In this document: piece after piece, positions 12,938 to 25,784 of the stretch | How the letters are laid out: each line of letters begins with the position of its first letter | How positions within the stretch are numbered: the first letter of the stretch is position 1 | Origin: Octopus vulgaris | Lineage: Eukaryota | NCBI GenBank assembly: GCA_951406725.2 | Contig: OX597818.1 | Coordinates: forward strand, 28,954,001 to 29,018,000 | DNA: 64,000 nucleotides | Direction: 5' to 3' | Made by a program: the position numbers and the translations under genes | The notes under the pieces: model-generated | Told to the model about the DNA's origin: nothing | The model's database searches: none | What the model saw: only the letters and a program-made list of their open reading frames with translations

Positions 12938-13180
12938 ATCATCATCATCATCATCATCATAACATCTGTTTTCCATGCTGGAATGGGTTGGAAAATTTGA
13001 CAGGAACTGACAAGGCTATAAGCCACAACAATGTTCATTGTCTGTTTTGGCATGGTTTCTGCAGCTGGATGCCCTTTCTGATGCGAACCACTTTACAGAT
13101 TGTATTGGTGTTTTTATGTGGCCCCATCACCAGTGCTTTTTACATGGTAACAGCATTAACAGGGTCAACAAGTACCTTGC
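12938..13180 (-). mobile_element. Old RTE tail fragment
   Basis: (CAT)n, ttccatgctggaatgggttgg, gcagctggatgccctt. Confidence 0.6.
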
Positions 13181-13333
13181 AACACAAAATACCCTACCAA
13201 CCGGGAGAGTATAGCTTTGTAGCAATTGTGAGATTTAAAGTACAGAGGGGACAGATATAGGTGTCTTGCTGTAGTAGGAATGACATGGATACGCCATGCC
13301 TTGCTGTAGAGGAGTTACATGGATATATATATA

Positions 13334-15800
13334 CATCATCATCATCATCATCATTGCTTAACATCCGTTTTCCATGCTAGCATGCGTTGGATGGTTCGAC
13401 TAGGGTCTGGGAAGCCAGGAGGCTGCACCAGGCTCCAGTCTGATCTGGCAGTGTTTCTACAGCTGGATGTTTTTCCTAACGTCAACCACTCCATGAGTGT
13501 AGTGGGTGCTTTTTATGTACCACTAGCACAGAGACCAGAAGAGGATGGTACACGGCCACGATTGGTTGGTGGTTTTCACATGTCACTGGCACGGACACCA
13601 GTCAAGGTGGCGCTGGCATTGGCCACGTTTGGATGGTGCTTTTTACATGCTACTGGCACGGGTATCGCAACTACAATTTCCACTGATTTTTATTTTGATG
13701 TAGATGTACTTAACTCAATAGGTCTCCTCAAGCACAGCAGGTTGCCCTACGATCCAAGGTAAGCACAGCAGGCCACCCTGTGAACCCTGAACTCACTTCA
13801 TTTGTTGGATCTTTACAGTCACAGCATATCTCAGGGGTCTTGGTCTTTTATCATTGCCTCTGTGAGGCCCAACGTGCCACCAACATGGGTATCACAACTA
13901 CAATATCCATTTGATTTTTATATTGATGTTGATGTATTTCACTCAATAGGTCTCCTCAAGCACAGCAGGCCATCCTGCAAGCCATGAACTCACTTCATTT
14001 GTCAGGTTTTCTCAGTCACAGCATATCTCCAGAGTTCTCGGTCTTTTGTAATGGCCTCTGTGAGGCCAACATTTAAAGGACATGCTTGACCACTTCATCC
14101 CATGTCTTCCTGGGTGTACCTCTACCCTGGATTCCTTCAACAGTTTGGGGGTGGTACTTCCTCACACATCTCTCCTCATCCATCCATAGTACATGACCAT
14201 ATCAATGCAAATGTTTCTCCTGCAAGCCACATCCAATGCTTCTTATGTACAACATTTCTCTCAGGGCACTTACACTCTGTTGTGCATGCACACTGACATT
14301 ACACATACAGTATATCATGGTAGCTTCATTTCTTTTGAGCCTACGCATGTCCTCCAGAGTCACGGCCCATGTTTCACTGCCATGAAGCATGGCAGTTCAC
14401 ATACATGCATCATGCAATCTACCTTTCACTCTGAGCGAGAGACCCTCTGTCGCTAGTAGGGGAAGAAGATTTCTAAACTTTGACCAGGCTATTCTTATTC
14501 TAGTGGTAACACTCTCTGAGCATCCACCCCCACTACTAACTTGGTTACCTAGATAGCGGAAACTATCAACTACTTCTGGAGTGTGATGGAATCTGTTTTC
14601 TGAGTATCTGTGGTATCTATTGCCCCGGTGCATCTGCCGCACACGAAAGCTATCTTCTTGGTTAATCTTACTATGATGTTGCTGCACCTCTTATGTGCCC
14701 TTAGCTTACACTGGGTACATCCTATAGAGTTTCTACCTACACCTTTTCTACAGATTGAGCAGGGCCACCTGAGGCGGTGTGGGATGTGTTCGCCTTCCTA
14801 CTTACTAGAACTTTGGTCTTTGCTACATTGATTCTAAGGCCATTTGATTCTTAACTTAGCTTCCACACACAAAATTTCTTTTCTAGTTCTGGTAGTGATT
14901 CTGCTATGAGGGCCAGGTCATCAGCATAGAAAAGCTCCCAAGAACAACCCATCTTGAATTCCCCTGTTATTGCCTAGAGGACTATGATGAATAAAAGGGG
15001 ACTGAGGATTGGTGGACACCCTACTTCTACCCGGAATTCTTCACTATACTCATTGCCAATCCTAACCTTACTAATGGCCTCTCTGTAAAGGGCCTGTACA
15101 GCTCTTATTTACCATTCGTCAATCTCCAGTTTTCGCATCGCCCACCAGATAAGGGATTGGGGGACCCTGTCAAAGACTTTCTCCAAATCCACAAAAGCTA
15201 AGTATAGGGGTTTATCTTTAGCTAGGTATTTCTCCTGCAGGTGTGGAACCAGGAATATGGCATCAGTGGTGCTTCTACCCGGCACAAAACCGAACTGCAT
15301 CTCATCTAAGGAGACTCTCTCTCTGATGAAATGGACTATGACCCTCTGATGAGATGGATTTGCACCAACCACAGACTTAGTCTGTGGCACTCAGCAAGCT
15401 GTCCTGTAGGAATTTCCAGCTACCTTCTATGTCCGATGTCTGTAACTCCTCCTCCCTCTCATCAAATTTCTTGATGAGGATGTCCCTAAATCTCTGACCA
15501 TGTGAAGGGTTCTTTAGCTTCCAAATCCTTCTCTTTTGGATTGGTCTGCTTCTTGGTATCCTCCTGGCCTAAAGTCACCAATGACTAGCCTATGCAGGGG
15601 GCGGGGGTTATTCTTCACCCGGAAGGGTCTTTGTATTTAAGAGCAACCTTGAGTCCCGCTGTCTGGTGAGGATGAAATCAATCTGGCCAGTAGAGTCCCC
15701 TGATTGATAGGTTATCAGGTGGCTGACTGGCTTCCTGAAGTGAGTGTTGCAGATTAAAAGTTTACATGCATCACAGAACTCCAGAAGCCTGGTTTCCTCA
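13334..15800 (-). mobile_element. RTE LINE (PHD-type family), internally deleted, with 3' UTR array
   Basis: QFGFVPGRSTTDAIFLV..YLAFVDLEKVFDRVP, a YADDL remnant, PHD-like cysteines, MLHGSETW, and a tail. The 5' end is lost at (TA)n 15800. Confidence 0.9.
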
Positions 15801-16042
15801 TATATATATATATATATATATATAGTTCACAGATGAGATCCAGAAAACACTTAACAGTGCTCAAAAGATTCAGACTTAGACTCTGATGTCTTTACAGGGG
15901 ATCATTTCACAATGTAAAGAAAGGCTATAAGAGGGATCTGGTTAAGCAGGTATAGAAGCAATTATGGGGATAAACAAATTGGACACATCAAATATATTAA
16001 ATACATCAAATAAGAAATATGTATAGATATAAAACAAGAGAA

Positions 16043-16075
<33 letters not shown>

Positions 16076-16081
16076 GTGTTC

Positions 16082-16131
<50 letters not shown>

Positions 16132-16860
16132 GTAGTTTTCTGTGAGTTGAGGACTTTTTGTGATTCACTTTGGATCTTGACAACAATGTTAAAACAGCAA
16201 CCTTTGAGCTGCATTTTCATCTCGGGGAAGAGATGGGAATCTGAAGATGATAAATCTGGCAAATAGGGCAGTTGCAGAAGAGGTACCATATTGCTTTATG
16301 AGAAACTCATGAGTGAGGAGAGTTCAGTGACAGTGTGCATTGTTGGCATGAAGAATCTATTTCTGCATGCTCCACAGATATGGTCACTTCCACTGAATGT
16401 CCTCCCTCAAATGCTTCAAAACATCATGGTAGAACTCTCAACTGACCATCTGGCCTTGGGGGACAAATTATCGATGCACAATGCCACATTTTTGGGGTTG
16501 ATACTTGTGGCAGATCTTCCAGAAAACTCATCATCTTACAGGGAAGTTCTACTTTTGAAGTGCCCATGCCACAAGAAACATTGCATACAACCCATTGCAT
16601 CATCACCATAAGCTTACAGAAGCATGACCAATGTTTCTTCAACAGACTTCCCAAGTTTAACACAAAATTTCCCATTGGTTCTTTGTTCTAGTCCATGAAA
16701 AAATCACAGACTACAGCATACATGTAATCACAAATCACAAATTTCACAACTTGTGAAGTAATCTGCACTCTGCCTTGTGAAAGCCATTGCTAACTTTGTG
16801 TACATAAACTGCATGCTGCCATCTGTTGGCAAGCTATGAATTTATGGCTGATTCAGCAAA
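16132..16860 (-). mobile_element. Internally deleted mariner transposon relic
   Basis: LPYLPDLSSSDSHLFPEMKMQLKG (YSPDL motif) and a KFCVKLGKS-type N-terminus; related to 51400-52495. Confidence 0.8.
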
Positions 16861-17095
16861 ATATTAATGTACAAATTATAAAATACAAAGGCAGACTACA
16901 GCATACATGTAATCACAAAAACACAAATTTCACAACTTGTGAAGTAATCGCAGTTATGTCACTCAGCACTCTGCCTTGTGAAAGCCACTGCTAGCTTTGT
17001 GTACATAAACTGCATGCTGCCATCTGTTGGCAGGCTATGAATTTATGGCTGATTCAGCAAAATACTAATGTACAAATTATAAAATACAAAGGCAG
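16708..17095 (+). repeat. Tandem duplication of a ~185-200 bp unit
   Basis: cagactacagcatacatgtaatcacaaa...tataaaatacaaaggcag occurs twice (16708, 16892). Confidence 0.9.
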
Positions 17096-17214
17096 CTATA
17101 CACAATATAAAACCGTAAAGCAAAAATTCGATTGTCTCTTATTGTGACTGAGGGTGCCAGGTAGCACATATATTGTAAGAAATAAGAGTTATAAACCTTT
17201 AGAGCTATGTTGGA

Positions 17215-18150
17215 ACAGAAGTGGGGCCCCATTTTACAAGAGGAATCTAAGACCAGCTTCACTTCAGAATTACAATATGCTGATGACCTTGCTCTCATAA
17301 CAGAATCTGTAGGAAAGTTGGAAAAGAATTCCAGGTGTGGAAGAAAACCCCGGAACTGAGTAGCCTTTAAGTGAATTTAGGAAAGACCAAGGTTCTAGAA
17401 AATAAGAATATAGATAAGACTCTACCCATTTCAGGTAAATGGCTATACTCTATATGAAGGAAAGGTATAGGCAGGAATTCCATACAGTATACCCAGTGAA
17501 AGCAATGGATAAACAAGAGATGCAGTGGAAACACAGAAAGGTTAATGGAGAGAGAAGTGTTTCTACAAAGAAAATGCATAGGAGCCATGAAGTCTACAGA
17601 TACATGAGAAATTGATTTACTGACGTGCCCAACTAGAGGTAGTAGATAATTTCTGCTATCTGACTAATTATCAGTGGAGGGAGATGTTCTGAAAGTGTAA
17701 TTGATCAAATAAGAAGAGGATGGAAGAAATCAGAGAGCTTTTATCTCTGTTGGCAACAAAAACTCTCTCTCTCTGAGTGAAATGAATGGCAATGCTATAG
17801 TGAGACATGCAAGTCTGGAGAGGAATAAAGCTAGTATGCTCCATTGGATGTGCAATACCAGTGTGTATATACAAGAAAGTGGTAATCTATTGAGTGGAAA
17901 GTTAGGTGTAAGAGGAATTAGATATAGTGTGCAAGAGAGAAGACTGCATTGATTTGATCATGGGATGCTTATGGACGAGGACAGTTGCATAAAGAAGTAC
18001 TGAGCACTTAAAGTGGATGAAACTTGTGGAAGAGGAAGACCGAGAAAGACATAGAATGATGTATTGAAGGCTGATCTCAAGATGCTCAGTCTTACAAAGA
18101 TGACAAAGGACCAAGATGATTGATGGTTTTTGTACTTAAGAAGGCCATCA
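17215..18150 (+). mobile_element. Decayed RTE LINE 3' fragment
   Basis: tatgctgatgaccttgctctc (YADDL) at 17276, PHD remnant, GRGRPRKT. Confidence 0.8.
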
Positions 18151-18969
18151 CCACAGTAGAACTGATATCCTGAAACCACATTTGTAAAGCTTGGACATGT
18201 GGAGCTCTGCCCCAACTCCATTCTCTCCCCTTCATTTAAATTTCTCTAACCTCTCATCCATTAACATTCATCACTTCTCTATCTATAGTATTACTATCTA
18301 TAATATTACTCAGCTGCTGTAATCACCTGAGAGCAAGTTCTACTCTCAGGCACATTCATCCCCTCCCTTTTGGTTATCTTCTTCCTCTTTCCCCTGGAAC
18401 CACTTCCATTTCTCACTGTTTTCACCAATTACCGCCTTTTATTGCCTTTAGCCACTGCTCTCTCTCCTCTTTGCTACACTCCATCCTTAACACTTTATTT
18501 TCTATCCTCACTCTTAATGCCTTCACATATCTACCATAGTCTTTATGCCACCCCATCTTGAGCCACTCCTATATCTCCCATGTTCACTTAATATGATCAC
18601 CTCTACCTCTCTCTACTCACACTCATATGAAATTTGCCCTTCTATTACCCACTGCCGATTCACTGTACCACTTAAGGTATATTTACCCCCCATTGTACCT
18701 TGCAGGTATGTCCCAACACATGTCTACCATCATTTCTCTCGCTCTCTCTCTTTCTCCTTTCTCTCTCTCTCTCTCTCTCAATCATACTCCCTGTCTCTCT
18801 CTTTATCCTTCTGTCTAACTGTCTCACTCTTTAATTCCTTTCTTTTCCAATAGGGTTATCGATATATCTCTTCTTCAGCAAGACACCTATATTTATTACA
18901 TGATCAAACTTTTTAAGCTCTCATCAACTAGCACAAAGCCACTTCCCTCAGTATTCCTCCTCTGGAGTC

Positions 18970-19170
18970 TTTGTCTAGTAAGTTACTTAGTGTTTCCTGT
19001 GGGGCTGGTGCAATGTAAAAAGCACCCAGAACATTGCATAAAGTGGTTAGTGTTATGAAGGGCATCAACCAGTAGAAACCATGCTAAAGCAGACAATAGA
19101 GCATGGTACAGTCCTCTGGCATACCAGATCCTGGCAAACTGTCTGACCCATGGATGTTAAAAGTTGATGA
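18970..19170 (+). mobile_element. Old RTE 3' tail
   Basis: gtaaaaagcaccc...gaagggcatc...cccatg. Confidence 0.55.
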
Positions 19171-19318
19171 TATACAAATATATACATATTACACATACAT
19201 ATACATAAATACACACATGCACACACATACACATATACACACAAATACATACATATATGCACACATATAGAAATACATTCAGACAGACAGACAGATATAT
19301 ACACACAAACACACACCA

Positions 19319-19361
<43 letters not shown>

Positions 19362-19399
19362 GTGTTAGAAATGTATAAAATTCAGAACAGATGAAATTC

Positions 19400-21340
19400 T
19401 TATGAGACAAGGAAACAGAGCAAATCCTTAAATGAAGCGAAGTTTCAGCAGGACCAAATGTGACAAAGTGGTAGAACAGTAAGGTAGATAGGGCCATAAA
19501 AACAAAGTGACAATCTTGGGAAGAGTGGGAAAATAGTGGTAGCAAAGACCTGTCAAGTTGTTGAAAGGAAAGCTAAGCAATAAATTTATTTAGAAACGGC
19601 AGAAGCAGAAAGTAAGAGGTTTGCCAGTGTCTTACAGCATGAATATGAGAGGCATGAGATACTCGGGATTGTAAGACAGTGTAAAAATGAGAATCAAGAT
19701 GTGGGAGAGATGTGTGCATAGCTGGGAAATGACATGCTTGCTCTTCGTGTTTCTGAAAAGAGAGATGCATGGAAGTGCTACTCTAAAAGGCTATTAAATG
19801 TGGAAAATGCAGAGGAGAAAGAAAGTTTCCTCAATGTTGATCTTACAGACGGACCAGCCATCCTAGCTGACAGCATTATGATAGACAAGGCAATAAAGGA
19901 TATGACTGTGGAAGCTCCTGGTCCATCAGAAATTACTGCTGAGATACTTAAAATATCTGGCAGAGTAGGTTACAGCCTAGTCACCTGTATAATTAATCAG
20001 TGTACTCAAGGTATCATAGCCAAAAACTGGTGTTGCAGCATTAAAGTCAGCTGTTACAAGGATAAAGGGAATGCCTAAAGTAATTCCAAATTACTGGACC
20101 ATATTATGAAAGCTACACAGAGAAAGAGAGAGTTACAGTCCAGTTAATCAAAAACAGAATTAAACTAGATGAGATACAGTTTGCAGAAGTATTTAGTTAA
20201 GAGTAAATCATTATACTTGGCATTTGTTGACCTGGAGAAAGCTTTGCAGAGTCCTTTGCTCTATGATTTGGTGGTTTTAGAAGAAGCTAGTGGTAGACAA
20301 ATGACTTGTGAAAGCCATACAGTAAAATGAGAGTTAGGTATGAGTTCAGTGATGAATTTACAGTACAAGTAGGGGTCCACCAAGGATTAGTTCACACTCT
20401 CTTCCTATTCACCATTGTCCTCCAGGCCATAAAAGAGAATTTTAAGACTGGCTGCCCCTGGAAACTACTATAAGCTGATGAATTTATTCTCAAAGCAGAA
20501 TCTGAAGTAGAATTAGAAAAGAAATTCCAGGTGTGGAAGCTTAACATAAAATCAAAAGGCCTTAAAGTTAACTTAGTGAAAACCAAAATTCTAGTAAGAA
20601 AACAGGACAGGTCTCTATTCTGTTCAAGTAAATGACACTTACACTTTGCTATATGTAGGAAATTATAACCAGGAATTCCATACAGTGTATACAGTGTAAG
20701 CTATGGACATACAAGAGGTGCAACTGAATGACAAGAAGGCTAATGGAGAAAACAGATTTTGCATTTGGAAGATACATGGGAGCAATGAACACCTACATAC
20801 AAGATGTCTTGAATGAACAGGAGGCAGTAGATAGTTTCTGCTATCTAGGTGACATAATTAGCCATGAGGGACAGTGTTATGACAGTATAGAGGATAGAAT
20901 AAGAATAGGATGATTAAGTTCATAGAGCTATTACCATTGTTTGCTACAAAACTTTTCTCTCTCTGAGTGAAAGAAAATTTTAAATGCAGAAGATATGTGA
21001 AGACTAGGGAGGAATAAAGCTAGTAGGCTCCATTGGATGTGTAATGTCAGTGTGCATGTACAACAAAGTACTGAGTTAATGAGTGAAAAATGAAGCCTAA
21101 AAGAAATCAGATATAGTGTGCAAGAGAAATAACTGAGCTGGTTTGGTTATGTAATGTGTATGGAAGAGGACAGTTGCATAAAGAAGTGCCAGTTACTCAA
21201 AACAGATATAACTTGAGGAAGAAGAAGGACCAGGAAGACATGGAATGTAGTAGTGAAGGCTTACCTCAAGATGTTTAGCCACTTACAGAAAATAACAAAG
21301 GACTGAGAAAATTGACTATTCACTATGCCTCAGAAGACCA
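19400..21340 (+). mobile_element. Decayed RTE LINE
   Basis: RLLNVEN..EAPGPSEITAEILK, LAFVDLEKA, VGVHQG, VDSFCYLGD. Confidence 0.85.
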
Positions 21341-21975
21341 GCCCACCACTTTTGTCTATCACTCACTACATTCACCTCTGCCTCCATCTCTAACAATATG
21401 TTACTTCTCCCTCATACTTTTACGAACTTATCCATTCTCCCCTCCCTTTCCCAGACCTACTGTCTACATCATGTCTTATGCTCACTTTGTACCTTAAGAA
21501 TTTGTCTTCACACTGCATCACTATTTTCTTTTACCACGTCCCCAACTGCTCCCATCTACCTCTATGTAATGTTGAGTAGCTATATACCTCCACTATAGTA
21601 GGACACCTGTGCTTATCCCTCTAGCATACTCTAGCCTTTCAACACCTGGTATAAAGCAACCACTCCATCTCAAATACTCTCCCCCACCACTTAGTAGCAG
21701 GAGCTTTTTCTTTCAATTTTTTCCTTGTTCTCTTGTCTTGCAAGTCACTTGGTGACCACACCAGTGCTGGTGGCATGAAAGAAGTGCACAATACACATTG
21801 TAATGTGGGTGGCATTAGTAAGCTCATCCATCTGTAGAAATCATACTAAAATTAACACTGGAACTTGGTACAGCGCTGCAATATGCTGGATCGTGCCCAA
21901 CCATCCAACCAATGCCAGCATGAAAAATCGATGTTAAATAATTATCATAATTATCTCACACACACACACACACAT

Positions 21976-22016
<41 letters not shown>

Positions 22017-22024
22017 ACACATTC

Positions 22025-22460
22025 AGTGTCTGGGCTAAATTTGACAGTTTGCATAAAATGAAAAGAAAACTCATAATCCCATCCAAAAATAAAGAATTTA
22101 AAAATATTAAGAAGAATATCTTCTAGATTATGACTGGGAGATAATAATTTACTCAAAGTAGTCACCTCTAGCTTCCATCACTGTCTCAAAATAGCTCTGG
22201 ATGACTTCTTTGATCTTGGCTACCAGCTCAGCTTTGGTGTTGCAGGCAGAGCATTTGGTGTCTTTCTCAATCATGTACCATGCATAGTAATCCCTGAGAT
22301 TACAATTGGGGAAAGTAGGAGACCTGAAACTGGAGCTGGTGAAGTCACAGGAATTTTCCAAAAACCACTTCTGACTCTTTCTGCAGATACAGCAAGGAAC
22401 TGAATCCTGCTGCTATACATATGGCCTTCCTGGATCAACCTTATCCAGTCAGGGTTTAAT
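22025..22460 (-). mobile_element. Tc1/mariner-superfamily transposase C-terminal relic (maT/DD37D-like)
   Basis: SPTFPNCNLRDYYAWYMIEKD..NTKAELVAKIKEV resembles the WPPxSPDxNPxDYxxW motif. Confidence 0.6.
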
Positions 22461-22539
22461 TAGTCTACAGCAGCTTCACATAACCAGCAGTCTCCAGTAA
22501 TTGAGCCTACCATCACAGTTATTCAATTGACTAAACTGA

Positions 22540-22955
22540 ATTTTAGAAGCCAGCTTCTATATATGGCTCATTGCGGATTAACCATGGATAAATTCATCGT
22601 CTGTGAGTATGAAATTCCTCCTCATATCTCTGGAATTTTACATCTACACTACGGATTAATTCACCTTCTCTGTGAAGCTAATAAGCTTTTTTAAAAACCT
22701 GTGATAAGACTGTGCATCATCATTAAGGAACTTCGGAAATCTGTTTACAACCTAAATCTACTTTTAATGAAATTATCTCCAATACTTCATGAGTATAGCC
22801 TCACCCACTAAGATGTTTGGAGAACTCATATGTATTTTAGCTGATGAGTACGGGACACTTTTATCTGCTGCAATTTTTGCAACTTTTAATAAAGCCTGTC
22901 TTTGTATGAAACAATTGTACTAAAAACTAATCCATTCTTGTTGCTTCTTTCTCGT
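22540..22955 (+). mobile_element. Second copy of the hammerhead-bearing Penelope-type repeat
   Basis: Colinear with 3380-3760. Confidence 0.6.
22835..22925 (+). ncRNA. Minimal type-I hammerhead ribozyme motif with palindromic stem III
   Basis: ttttag-CTGATGA-gtacgggaca...tgtctttgtat-GAAA-caattg-TA-ctaaaa; ACAATTGT is a perfect palindrome. Confidence 0.8.
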
Positions 22956-23529
22956 GTATATCTCAATATGTAGTATGGCATTTCAGGGTGTACATGTACC
23001 AATGTGTGTGCACATCAGTATATGTGGTTGGACAGATATGTGATGCAGTTATAAATTCACTCCAAATTCCTAAACAAGAATTGACAGTGGACAGAAAAGT
23101 ATGGGGAGGGGGAGGGGGAGATAACTGGACACAAGTGATATCTGTTTAATGCTTAATGACCAGTCACTCAATCTATATAGTAATCTGCTTGTTCATTCAC
23201 CCGCTGCACATTGGTTAGTAAGAGAGGTGCAGGTGTATTGCGTGAGAGGTGGAATAAAAGTGCGAGAGGGAGGAGAGAATAGAGAAGAAAGAAGTAGAGA
23301 AAGATGTATAGTAAGGCCAAATGCATCATGTGGTTAGCTGAATGGAGTGAGGAAAACGACGGTGAGAAAAAAGAGGGAGAGAGAAGTGTTAACGACATGC
23401 TGTATGATGGGGAAAGAAAGGTAAAGAGAAAGATATTTTTAGTAGACAATATTCAGTAGCGGGTGAGGTTCTGGTGGTGAGGCTAAAGAAGGGCAGGTAC
23501 AGAGGAGGCAGTGTGTGTGTGTGTGTGTA

Positions 23530-23563
<34 letters not shown>

Positions 23564-24353
23564 CAGTAGATAGCGTTGGAGAGATACATCAACAGAAAGA
23601 AAAGGATATAAACAAACAGTTGAGCTGAAATTAAATGAGCTCTGTTACTGAAAACTACAGTGATGATATTGGTGGTGATGGTGGTGGTATGTTGATAGTG
23701 AAGAGTATTTTTTTCTTCTTGAACTAAATCTCTAATATTATTCTTCTACCTGTTCATTCACACTTTATGGTTTAGTTTGTTAAAGAAGAGGAGAAGGGGC
23801 AGTGAGAGAGAGGAAGAGTGAATGTAAGAGAGAGTGAAAGAACAGATAGTCAGCTGATGCATTATGCTGTCACTCATGTGGTTAGTGGAAGTGAGAGGTA
23901 TTAAAAAAAATGGAAATGTTAAAGACATGAAGAGGGAAATTACATAGTTAAAAAGTTTGTTGGAGAGAAAAAGAGAAATATAAACTGCTAAGCAGGAGGA
24001 AATTTTGAAAATTATATAATATATTATTGTGATTGGAAGTGAAATAACTTAGCAAAATGGAAATAAAAATGCAAATCATCCTTTCTTTCTTAAATAGCCT
24101 CCCTAATCTTTTTCATTCTGTGGAATTTCTATCGTTCCCACTAGCACCTACTTAAAACATCACATGCCTTTCCCCAGGCTTTGGTTTCATATTCTATTTC
24201 ACTCCATATAATTAGGTTAACCCCTATACGAAGCCAGCAATGTCTGTAATGCATCCATTAGTATATATAATTTATTGGCATATATATCTATGCATATTTA
24301 TTATTTTTATACAAGAATGTTGTTGACAATTTCAACCAGCTAAACCATTGTCA

Positions 24354-24384
<31 letters not shown>

Positions 24385-24390
<6 letters not shown>

Positions 24391-25360
24391 AATATGGACC
24401 ATGAATGCTGAGGACATGTGTAACCTTGAAAGAAATGAAGCTAGTATGATCCGCTGGATGAGTAATGTCAGTGTACATACATGACAGAGTGTAAGTGCCC
24501 TGAGAGAAGAGTTGCCTATAAGAAGCATCAAATGTGGTGCACAAGAGAGGCGACTGCACTGGTATAGCCATATGTTACATATGCATAAAGACAGCTGTGT
24601 GAAGAAGTGCCACTCCCTAACTGTAGAAGGAACCTGAGGAAGAAGTAGACCCAGGAAGACATGGGATGAGGTGGTGAAGCATGACCTTCAAACATTGAGA
24701 CTCACAAAAACAATGACAGGAAATCGGTACCTTTGGAGATATGCTGTGATTGAGAAGACCCAGCAACTAAAGTGAGATCACAGTCATGCACGCCCTACCC
24801 TGTTAAGAATATTCTTGATGTGTCAGGCAATATGATATGCTTGAGAAGACCAGTCGAATCAGGTAAAACTAATACTGTAGCTGGGGCCAGTGCCTGCTGA
24901 CTGACTCCCATGCTGATGGCATGTAGTAAGCATCATCTGAACATGGTTGCTGCTAGGTCTGCTTGACTGGCTCCTGTGCTGGTGGCATGTAAAAAGCACT
25001 ATCCAAATGCATTCGTTGCCAGTCTCGCCTTACTGGCTCCTGTGCCAGTGGCACATAAAAAGCACCGACCAATCATGACCGATGCCAGTACCCTCTAACT
25101 GGCTCCTGTGCTGGTAGCACATAAAAATCACCATCCAAATGTGACCGTTGCCAAACCTGCCTTACTGGCTCTCATGCCAGGGACATGTAAAAAGCACCCA
25201 CTATACTCTTAGAGTGGTTGGCATTAGGAAGGACATCCAGCTGTAGAAACTCTGCCAGACTAGATTGGAGCCTGGTGCAGCCGCTGGCTCTCCAGACCTC
25301 AGTCAAACTGTCCAACCCATATCAGCATGGAAAATGGACATTAATCAAAGATGATGATGA

Positions 25361-25363
<3 letters not shown>
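24385..25363 (+). mobile_element. 5'-truncated RTE LINE with 3' UTR array, flanked by (TA)n
   Basis: SE.W...ED..RNEASM.RW..; GRPRKTWDEVVK; 5-6 tandem units at 24890-25200; (GAT)n tail. Confidence 0.9.
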
Positions 25364-25415
<52 letters not shown>

Positions 25416-25417
<2 letters not shown>

Positions 25418-25715
25418 GGTGGGACGTAAAAAGCACCATCCGATCGTGGCCATTGGCAGCCTTGTCTAGCCCCCGTGCCGGTGGCACGTAAAAAGCACCA
25501 TCCGACCGTGGCCGTTTGCTAGCCCCATCTGGCACCTGTGCGGGTGGCACGTAAAAAGCACCCACTACACTCACGGAGTGGTTGGCGTTAGGAAGGGCAT
25601 CCAGCCGTAGAAACACTGCCAGATCAGACTGGGCCTGGTGCAGCCTTCTGGCTTCCCAGACCCCAGTTGAACCATCCAACCCATGCTAGCATGGAAAGCA
25701 GACGCTAAATGATGA
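25416..25715 (+). mobile_element. Tail-only RTE copy (3 array units plus terminus)
   Basis: Very similar to 43345-43665; starts abruptly in (TA)n. Confidence 0.9.
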
Positions 25716-25744
25716 TAATAATAATATATATACATATATTATAC

Positions 25745-25781
<37 letters not shown>

Positions 25782-25784
25782 TAT

